Shown here: piece by piece, positions 16,693 through 23,589 of the stretch
Layout: each line of letters opens with the position of its first letter
Position numbering within the stretch: the first letter of the stretch is position 1
Assembly (NCBI RefSeq): GCF_039719005.1
Contig: NZ_CP133584.1
Span: 1,666,622-1,690,621 of the forward strand
DNA from: Bengtsoniella intestinalis
GTDB lineage: Bacteria; Bacillota; Clostridia; Oscillospirales; Oscillospiraceae
Length of the DNA stretch: 24,000 nucleotides
Direction: 5' to 3'
The notes under the pieces: generated by a model
Told to the model about the DNA's origin: nothing
Database searches by the model: none
Seen by the model: the letters and a program-made list of their open reading frames with translations, nothing else
Position numbers and translations under genes: made by a program

Positions 16693-16780
16693 CATTTTAG
16701 GGCTTGACTTTTATTTACAGGACTCCTTTTATGGGTGTCTCTATTTTTAACAGGTTAGAAGGAAAAATTCTAGGGATAAT

Positions 16781-16812
16781 AAAAAATGCGTCTCACAGTG
16801 AGACGCATTTTT
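16781..16812. terminator. Bidirectional terminator
   Basis: aaaaaa-tgcgtctc-acagt-gagacgca-ttttt. It lies 115 nt downstream of the 77-aa minus-strand ORF. Confidence 0.6.
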
Positions 16813-16926
16813 GCTACGTTATAAAAGTTTGGGGGAGCAAACTGATTGTATGCAAGGATAGTTTGGGTTCGTGAAGAAATGTCAAGTCGAAGTAGTTGGA
16901 CAATCGCCCACTTTCAAACGGGCTAA

Positions 16927-17160
16927 TTAAAACGGGGTATCCTTAATAGAAATTTCGTATGCTGTGAGATTTTGTTGATACTCTAGTAAAACTTCTCGCA
17001 GTTTTTCAGGTGTCTGACACAGTATAGATTCAAATGGGCCTGCAGCTACATCTTCGATGAGCATGACAATATAGCCATCATCGCTTGATTGCACTTGGCA
17101 CATATCATCTTCAGCTAAATATGCTTCAAATTCGTTCAGAACTTGTTTGTATGTAAGCAT
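16927..17160 (-). CDS. Hypothetical small acidic protein (77 aa)
   Basis: The RBS AAAGGTGGGG lies 5-8 nt upstream of the ATG. I recognise no family. It lies directly downstream of the inverted-repeat-bounded segment. Confidence 0.5.
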   Translation of the reverse strand: MLTYKQVLNEFEAYLAEDDMCQVQSSDDGYIVMLIEDVAAGPFESILCQTPEKLREVLLEYQQNLTAYEISIKDTPF

Positions 17161-17176
17161 CGTGGCCCCACCTTTC

Positions 17177-17210
17177 GAGTTACCACATAACCTTTATTAT
17201 GTGGTAACTC
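17177..17210. repeat. Recombinase core-type site 1: 14-bp perfect arms around the 6-bp spacer ccttta
   Basis: gagttaccacataa | ccttta | ttatgtggtaactc. The stretch 17182-17207 is a 26-bp perfect inverted copy of 17430-17455. Confidence 0.7.
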
Positions 17211-17368
17211 GGCGTATTAGCTATACCGAAAAATCACTATCGAATCGAATAGAAACTGTACTTATAACTAAAAATACACAAATTTACCAGACCGATTTTT
17301 GATTAAACAAGAATCGGTCTATTTGTGTTGCCCTTAATAATATATAATGAACTAAATACGAATAAGAC

Positions 17369-17397
17369 TTGTGTTTTTCAATGAAAGCTGTTATAGT
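17369..17397 (+). promoter_or_regulatory. Candidate promoter inside the invertible segment
   Basis: TTGTGT, a 17-bp spacer, then TGtTATAGT (extended -10). It currently points toward the 3' end of the recombinase gene. After inversion it would point into the 77-aa ORF. Confidence 0.4.
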
Positions 17398-17429
17398 GAG
17401 CCAATAGACAGTTATAAATTGCAAATTTT

Positions 17430-17455
17430 TTACCACATAATAAAGGTTATGTGGT
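17430..17455. repeat. Recombinase core-type site 2: same arms, with the spacer reverse-complemented (taaagg)
   Basis: ttaccacataa | taaagg | ttatgtggt. It abuts the recombinase stop codon (17457-17459). Confidence 0.7.
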
Positions 17456-17456
17456 T

Positions 17457-18311
17457 TTATAAATTTCCGTAAAGTAGCTTCATACGCTCTAGCTGTTGCA
17501 TATGCTTCGTGCCTGTTTCCATGGTGTAAATACGGGTTGTGTTGATGCTGCTATGCCCTAAGATGTCGGCCAATCGGCTGATATCTTTTTCTATTTTATA
17601 ATAGGTGCGTGCAAATAGGTGCCGTAGATTATGGGGAAATACCTTGCTGTGGGCAACCTTGGCATCAGCACATAATTGCTTCATCATTTTCCAGATATTT
17701 GAGCGATCTAGCGGATTTCCCGATTTGGTCACAAACACCGCCCCCTGACATATGCCCATCTCTTTACAATATGATTTTAATGTTTTACAGAGTTCTTTCG
17801 GTAAGAAGACGATTCGATTTTTCCCCTTGCAACGTACAGTGGCACGACCCGCATGGAGTGCAGACACTGTGATATATTGCAACTCAGACACGCGAATTCC
17901 TGTGGCACAAATAGCTTGTATCAGTAAGGATAGTTTTCTGTTTTGCTGTTGCTCTGCCGTTTGCACAAGGCGCTCGTACTCCTTTTGACTTAACTCCTTT
18001 TCAGGGCGAGCAAAGATGGTGCGTTGAATTTTTAGCGGCTTAACTTTACAGAGCGGTAATGCCAACCACTCTAAAAAACCATTGATGGCTGCCAACATGG
18101 AATTGACACTGCTCGGGGCATAGTCTAGCAGCAAGTTCTCTTTGTAGACAAGCACCTCTGCTTTGATCAGTTCCCTATCATCTAAGAACTCCAAAAATTT
18201 TCTGACATCCCTCAGATACTTCTGTACGGTGTTTTGACTACGTTCTTCTTGGTAGAGATGGACTTCATAGTCGGTTAAATATTGCTGATTTACTGTCTTT
18301 GCTTGGATCAT
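17457..18311 (-). CDS. Tyrosine recombinase/integrase (XerC/D-like, 284 aa), intact
   Basis: The N-terminal SAM-like domain reads ERSQNTVQKYLRDVRKFLEF. The catalytic residues lie in ATGIRVSEL (R), ...HNLRHLFA (HxxR) and ...GHSSINTTRIY (H...Y). Confidence 0.9.
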   Translation of the reverse strand: MIQAKTVNQQYLTDYEVHLYQEERSQNTVQKYLRDVRKFLEFLDDRELIKAEVLVYKENLLLDYAPSSVNSMLAAINGFLEWLALPLCKVKPLKIQRTIFARPEKELSQKEYERLVQTAEQQQNRKLSLLIQAICATGIRVSELQYITVSALHAGRATVRCKGKNRIVFLPKELCKTLKSYCKEMGICQGAVFVTKSGNPLDRSNIWKMMKQLCADAKVAHSKVFPHNLRHLFARTYYKIEKDISRLADILGHSSINTTRIYTMETGTKHMQQLERMKLLYGNL

Positions 18312-18499
18312 ATGTGTTCCTCCTGACCGTTAGTATAATTGAATCCCGAGAGAATATCTAGTCGCTTGCATACCATAGTTTCTCGGTATACTAAATAATC
18401 GCCAAGTTGAGAGTAATTTACTCCAACTTGGCGATTTTATTTGGTCGGTTTTTGGTCTAGGGGGAGCAGTCATAGGATATTACCTCCGTTCGGCGGACG

Positions 18500-18541
18500 C
18501 AAAAAGAGCACCTGCCAACCTTTTAAGGTCAGAGGTGCTCT
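18500..18541 (-). terminator. Rho-independent terminator downstream of the EAL-encoding gene
   Basis: On the minus strand, the long imperfect hairpin agagcacct...aggtgctct is followed by TTTTT (plus-strand aaaaa at 18501-18505). Confidence 0.55.
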
Positions 18542-18629
18542 CGTTATTGATTTTTTCACATGCTCATGAGGCCGTGGTTGGTAGCCCCCTAGCGCATCCC
18601 AAAGAAAGGTATGCAGGTTCCATCTAGTG

Positions 18630-20923
18630 TCAATTTTGTTTTTCCAAAAATGCTAAAAAGTCTGACTGAGGCATGGGACGTGCAAAGCCATAGCCTTGGC
18701 CCACATCACAGCCTAAGTTGCGGAAAAACTCAATCTGCTGGTTGGTCTCCAAACCTTCGGCTACCGTTTCCAGTTGAAGTTCTTGTGCCATGCCAACGAT
18801 ATGTGCCACAATGGAGGCACCTTTTTTACTCTCCAGTGCGTCCACAATAAATTGGCGATCTATTTTCAGGGTGTCCAGAGGGATGTTTTTCAAGCGTCCC
18901 AGAGAGGAGATACCTACCCCAAAGTCGTCCATGGCGATGGTAAAACCGAGCTCTCGTAGCTGGCGAATCTTGTCGGTGGCCACTGCGAAATTTTTGATGA
19001 GAGCACTTTCGGTAATTTCTAGGTCAAGCTGACGGGGCGAGAGGCCATAGCTGTCCACAATACCAGCGACCTGCTGGACGAAATTATGCTTCATAATGGT
19101 GACACCCGAGAGGTTCACAGAGATGACAGGGAGATTGTCAGACTTGTGGCTTTGAATAAACTGGCACACCTCGCCTAGTACATAGTAATCTAAGGTTTCG
19201 ATGAATCCATTCTTTTCGAAAATGGGGATAAAGTCGTTGGGGGCACCAACTTCCCGTCACGCACCCAACGCACCAGTGCCTCGGCACCCACTGTTTGCTC
19301 TGTTTTCAGATGTACTTGGGGCTGATAATAAACCACAAACTCCTTGTTGGCCACACCAGTTTTCATGTGGGAGACAATCTCATTGGATTTGTCTCGCTCC
19401 TGAGACATCTGAGGTGTGAATCCGTGGATGGTAAGCTCCGCTGTCTCTTTGCCCAAATCCTTAGCCAGCTTAGCGCAGTTACACATATAGCTGATGGACA
19501 GGGTGGGGTCTGTAATATGATAGTAGCCAATGCTATGGCTGTAGTGGTAGTCACGTCCCAAGGGTTGGCTAAAGTCGGCAAAGCCAGACTCCATGAAATG
19601 GGCACCCTCTCCCAGATAGCCGACATGAATATCTAGGGTGGGGATTAAAATCCAAAATTGGTCTGCAAAGCTTCGAGCAATCACCAGTGCAGTGGTGGCC
19701 GTTTCACGGAGATATTCACCATAAGCCTTGAGCACAAGGGTGCCTGTGTTATAGCCGTAAAGCTCGTTGATGTATTTGAAATTATCAATATCGAGGCAAA
19801 AGATGGTGTACTGTTTCTGTGGCTTTTCATCCATGAGGTGGAGTAATTCTGTCTCAAAGTGGTGGAGGGTGGCCAGCCCAGTGACGCTGTCCACCGTCAA
19901 TGTCCTCTTCAAATTGCGTTTTTCCTTGCGGTTTGCCAGCGCTTGCATTACACCCACCGCAGCCACCACAATTAACACGATAATCATAGCTATCTGGAGG
20001 GCACGCATGGGATTTGCAGCAATGAGTTCAGCCAATGTAAAGTCGGGGGCGTATACATAAGTCGAGTGGTTAAGGATGGAGTAGGAGATGGCCGAAGTGT
20101 CCAGATACCCAATCATTTTGTTGAGAATATCAATTTTATCTTGAGAAAAATGACTGGGATAGGCGAAGGCACAGTAGTAATGGTCAGAGAGAAGGTCAAT
20201 GGTGTAGTTCTCGCTAGAGATTAGACCCTTTGATACATTATACCGTGCAGTGCTGAGCACCATACCTCTAATGGAGTCATCAGCAAATGCGGCATTTAAG
20301 TCATCAAATTGCGAAAAGACTATCACCTCAGCACCGTCGAACATAGCATCCAAATCATCTTGTGAACGATCATAGTAGGCCAGAATACCCACAGGGAGGT
20401 CAATGGTTGTCCCGAGGTTATCATTATGAATCATGACATAGGGCATATCGAAATAAGAGGGGCTAATTTGGGCGATATTCTCGATATCAGGACACTGCCG
20501 AGTAATGCAAAAATCCACATCGTTAATGGAGGCCCCCTCCACCCCAAGATTGACGTATTCTACATTTAACTCTAAGGCCTCAGCAATGGCAGAAAATACA
20601 TCCATCGCCGCACCCGCAAGCTCCTCGCCGTGGAGATAACTCATAGGCTGAAGGTCTGGCATATAGCCCACCAAATACACCTCTTGAGACTGCATGAAAG
20701 CAATTTCGTCTTCCGTTAAAATATCCTCTACCATCACCTCACTAGAGCTGACATCGACAGCCACCTCAACAGCTAAACCTATGGTGGAGAGTAAAAGCGC
20801 CATTATACACGTCATCGCAAAACAACGTAAAATATATCGTTTCATAGAATTCAATTGCTCACTTTTCCCAGTTCCTTGCACTTCTAAAACTGTACTTAAT
20901 CGTATCGTAATTATACTTTTCAC
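18630..20923 (-). pseudogene. Frameshifted membrane signalling protein: periplasmic SBP_bac_3-like sensor, TM helix, degenerate GGDEF domain, EAL phosphodiesterase domain
   Basis: - The 577-aa and 179-aa track ORFs are one gene.
- Reading through 19239-19243 (GGGGG, which is C5 on the coding strand) with one extra base restores ...GAEALVRWVRDGKLVPPNDFIPIFEKNGFIETLDYYVLGEVCQFIQSHK....
- The GGDEF site is SFADQF (degenerate).
- The EAL motifs are intact (EAL, DDFGVG, KIDRQF, AEGLET, QGY).
- The likely true start is the ATG at 20845 (MKRYILRCF...). Confidence 0.75.
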
Positions 20924-20952
20924 CTGATATTCCGCCTGATTTTAATCAAATA

Positions 20953-21088
20953 AAGGTGTAGGTTTCTTTGCGGTAAAAAAGGGTATAACTGCATACATTA
21001 TACGTCAAAATCAACCACAATTCAAGTGCCTTTCGCCATAATTCATAAATCTAAGATGCCCAAATTTTTTGCAAATAACCTACACCTT
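20953..21088. promoter_or_regulatory. 112-bp promoter-containing segment bounded by 12-bp perfect inverted repeats (candidate serine-recombinase invertible switch)
   Basis: aaggtgtaggtt (20953-20964) and aacctacacctt (21077-21088). The segment lies between the 5' end of the GGDEF-EAL gene and a serine recombinase gene stub. Confidence 0.4.
20997..21025 (-). promoter_or_regulatory. Near-consensus sigma-A promoter directed at the GGDEF-EAL gene
   Basis: On the minus strand: TTGAAT (complement of 21020-21025), a 17-bp spacer, then TATAAT (complement of 20997-21002). Confidence 0.55.
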
Positions 21089-21125
21089 CCTTTTGCTACA
21101 ATGGTGTTGCAAAGGAGGGTTTTTT

Positions 21126-21236
21126 ATGGGCAATATGTACGGTTATATGCGAGTATCAAGTGAAAAACAAAACGAGGACAGACAACGACGTGAGCTAGTA
21201 AAGTATGGGGTGACAGAACCAATGTCATTAAGATAA
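21126..21236 (+). pseudogene. N-terminal stub (36 codons) of a serine recombinase (resolvase/invertase family)
   Basis: The RBS is AAAGGAGGG. MGNMYGYMRVSSEKQNEDRQRRELVKYGV contains the YGY.RVSS..QN.DRQ catalytic-serine motif. Homology is lost after about aa 29 and a stop follows, consistent with disruption by the downstream IS. Confidence 0.7.
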
Positions 21237-21304
21237 GCCTGGGTGCTACAAGAAAAACACCCAGAACCTTTTAAAAAAAGCTTGACAATTACAAAAAAAT
21301 GTGC

Positions 21305-21340
21305 GGTCGCCTTCATTGACCAAAGTCAATGAAGGCGACC
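21305..21340. repeat. Perfect 16-bp stem / 4-nt loop hairpin upstream of the IS4-family transposase start
   Basis: ggtcgccttcattgac caaa gtcaatgaaggcgacc. A TTGACA hexamer lies at 21283-21288, just upstream. Confidence 0.5.
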
Positions 21341-21382
21341 CTTGTTATTGAGCATAACGCTGATAACAAAGGAGATGCACAC

Positions 21383-22112
21383 ATGACATTCACAACAAAA
21401 AACATAAAAAGAACACTAAAAAAATCCATAAAAGCCCTTTCGCAAAACGCTGTAAAATATGCTGAAAATCCAGAAAAAGACTTCACCCGAAATAGGAAGT
21501 TACCATTTGAAAAAGTAATTGAAACAACCTTATCTCTCACAGGAAAAACACTATATGGGGAATTATCCGAACAATTCGGCATACATTCATCCTCACCTAC
21601 AGTATCCGCTTTTGTGCAACAACGAAACAAAATCAAATCAACTGCCTTCGAGGATTTATTCCACCAATTTGTTGCCGAAACAAACCAACCCATCACCCAC
21701 CGTGGCTACCGCCTTTTGGCTGTGGATGGCTCTAGTTTGCACGTTCCCACCAACCCAAAGGAAGTGGATTCTTACCATCAAAAGGCCAATGACTCCAAGC
21801 CTTTTAACCTTTTGCACCTCAACGCCATGTACGATATTTTGCGCAAAACCTACGTGGATGCAACGGTTGAAAAGGGTGAAAACAAGGCCTTTGCCACCAT
21901 GGTGGCACGTAATCAATCAAAAGTACCCACCATTTACATTGCTGATAGAGGCTACGAATCGTACAATAATTTCGCTCATGTGCAAGAAAGAGGGCAAAAA
22001 TTCCTTGTCAGAGTGAAGGATTCTGCTTCACGCAACGGTATTTGTCACGGATTATCTTTGCCTGTTGGTGAGGAGTTTGACGTTTCACTGACGCTACACA
22101 TTTCACGCAAGC
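21383..22112 (+). pseudogene. IS4-family (DDE_Tnp_1) transposase, N-terminal part, interrupted by an IS3-family insertion
   Basis: The ATG at 21383 follows AAAGGAG. The protein reads MTFTTKNIKRTLKKS...LLAVDGSSLHVP...IYIADRGYESYNNF...FLVRVK...LTLHISRK, then hits the IS3 end. Confidence 0.8.
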
Positions 22113-22203
22113 TATAATGGACCCTAGAAACCAAACCAGCACTCGAAAAATTATCGTGAACGTGATACAATATCAAAAACGATAAACGAGAGGAGAACAT
22201 ATC

Positions 22204-22530
22204 ATGCCACGAAGCAGTTACAGCGCCGAATATAAGGCCAAGATCGTCCTAGAAGTCCTCCAGGGTGAGAAGGAATTAAACGTTATCGCTGCCGAGCAGG
22301 GGGTTAATCCCAACATGATTCGCAACTGGAAGAAGGAATTTATATCCAATGCCAGTCAGGTTTTCGATGAGAAAAAGCAGGTCAAAGAAGCACATCGGAA
22401 GGAGGTTGCCCTGAAAAAAGAGAAGGAGCAGATGCTCCGCACCATCGGCCAATTGACACTGGAGCGAGACTTTATTCAGGGTGCCTTTCGGGACTGCGGC
22501 ATCCCCGTCCCCAAGTTCCCTCAGGACTGA
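22204..22530 (+). CDS. IS3-family transposase OrfA (HTH plus leucine-zipper)
   Basis: The sequence is MPRSSYSAEYKAKIVLEVLQGEKELNVIAAEQGVNPNMIRNWKKEF..., with RBS GAGAGGAG. Confidence 0.85.
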   Translation: MPRSSYSAEYKAKIVLEVLQGEKELNVIAAEQGVNPNMIRNWKKEFISNASQVFDEKKQVKEAHRKEVALKKEKEQMLRTIGQLTLERDFIQGAFRDCGIPVPKFPQD

Positions 22531-23380
22531 CGCAGACCTGTCCATCCGCCGTCAATGTGAGCTGCTGGGTCTGCCCCGAGGGCAGGTCTACTACCAGCCT
22601 GTGGAGGTCGACCAGGAGGCCAAGCGCTGGCGGGAGCACATCATGGCACGCATCGACTACTGGCACACCCAAATGCCCTACATCGGCTCTCGAAAGCTGG
22701 TGACCAAGCTGGCCACCGACCAGATTTTTGTGGGTCGCAAGCTGGTTAGGCGACTGATGTGCGAGATGGGAATTCATGCTCTCTATCCCAAGGCAAATCT
22801 CTCAAAACGCAACTTTAAAGAGTCTATCGTACCATATTTGCTGAGAAATAAGGTTGTCTCGTTCCCGAATCAAGTGTGGTCAATCGACATCACTTACATC
22901 AAAATGCACCACGGGCACATGTATTTGACGGCGATTATCGACTGGTATAGCCGTCTGATTGTGGGCTGGAGTCTGTCCGATACGCTGGACACAGATAACG
23001 TCATCGCCGCTGTCCAGCGCGCAATTTCTAGCCACGGCACCCCCGCTTTTCTCAATTCTGACCAAGGATGTCAGTTCACAAGCTCCCAATATAAGGGGTT
23101 TTTGAAGGCAAATCACATTGTCCAAAGCATGGATGGTAAGTCCCGTTGGGCGGATAATATCATGATTGAGCGGTGGTTCCGTAGCCTGAAAACCGAGGAA
23201 ATTTACCTCAACGAGTATCAAAATCCTAGGGTATTGCGCCGTGGAATTGGAAATTATATCAAGCAGTACAACACCTTCAGACCCCATCAAGCACTGGGAA
23301 ATCAGACTCCAGAGGCCGTGTATGGGGCAGCCTTCACAACGCCAACCAACCACCTTGACAGTCTGGCACAGGCTGGTTGA
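22481..23380 (+). CDS. IS3-family transposase OrfB (rve integrase core, DDE)
   Basis: Signature stretches are ...LSIRRQCELLGL...VWSIDITYI...DWYSRLIVGW...LNSDQGCQFTS...ADNIMIERWFRSLKTEEIY...YNTFRPHQALG. The frame is +1 relative to OrfA. Confidence 0.85.
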   Translation: MPFGTAASPSPSSLRTDADLSIRRQCELLGLPRGQVYYQPVEVDQEAKRWREHIMARIDYWHTQMPYIGSRKLVTKLATDQIFVGRKLVRRLMCEMGIHALYPKANLSKRNFKESIVPYLLRNKVVSFPNQVWSIDITYIKMHHGHMYLTAIIDWYSRLIVGWSLSDTLDTDNVIAAVQRAISSHGTPAFLNSDQGCQFTSSQYKGFLKANHIVQSMDGKSRWADNIMIERWFRSLKTEEIYLNEYQNPRVLRRGIGNYIKQYNTFRPHQALGNQTPEAVYGAAFTTPTNHLDSLAQAG

Positions 23381-23589
23381 GGACTGGTGGCGACGGGAGG
23401 TCGTGGGTTGTAGGCGGAGGCCGTTCCCCTCGCCTTTCCCATTGTACCAGCCTGACCCAGTCGGTCAAGGCAACCCTTCGGGCGGCTACCCTGGAGGTAA
23501 CCACAACCAGGCTTGGCTCAGGAAGCAAAATAGGTTGTTGTGTTCACGATAAATTTTGAGGAAGTGGTCTTGACAGGGGGACCATTATA

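Larger units (their letters stand above)
15103..16724 (+). mobile_element. IS110-family insertion sequence (boundaries approximate)
   Basis: It contains a DEDD-type transposase, about 260 nt of 5' non-coding DNA and about 135 nt of 3' non-coding DNA. No terminal inverted repeats are visible, as is typical of the family. The ends are inferred from promoter-half logic and guide complementarity (see findings). Confidence 0.55.
22113..23589 (+). mobile_element. IS3-family insertion sequence, 1477 bp, about 50-bp imperfect terminal inverted repeats, 3-bp target duplication AGC
   Basis: The left end is tataatggaccc...aaaaattatcgtgaac (22113-22161). The reverse complement of the right end (23541-23589) is tataatggtccc...aaaatttatcgtgaac. 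AGC is found at 22110-22112 and again at 23590-23592. Removing the element rejoins the IS4 transposase in frame (..HISRK|QTAQAKN..). Confidence 0.85.

Noticed and set aside
17177-17455. The two AT-rich hairpins read as simple rho-independent terminators
   Set aside because: - The stems are AT-rich and weak.
- Neither has a proper U-tract on the strand where a gene ends.
- The two copies share identical arms with reverse-complemented spacers, which terminators have no reason to do.
18630-19169. The 179-aa ORF as an independent EAL-fragment gene
   Set aside because: It starts in the middle of the EAL fold and has no RBS. It is contiguous with the upstream 577-aa ORF once a 1-nt homopolymer shift is allowed.
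21519-22016. 165-aa alternative-frame ORF and antisense ORFs inside the IS4-family transposase (21313-21696, 21656-21916)
   Set aside because: They overlap a frame with clear DDE transposase homology, and their translations are Pro/Thr/Leu-rich with no recognisable features.
22365-22385. GAG AAA AAG in OrfA as the IS3 -1 frameshift heptamer
   Set aside because: It lies about 100 nt upstream of where the OrfB frame opens, and it would shift into the wrong (-1) frame, whereas OrfB is in the +1 frame.
22276-23559. Antisense or overlapping ORFs within the IS3-family element (22276-22545, 22472-22777, 22880-23353, 23241-23552, 23334-23528, 23377-23559)
   Set aside because: They are shadow ORFs of OrfA/OrfB or of a GC-rich stop-poor non-coding stretch. 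They have no RBS or family resemblance.
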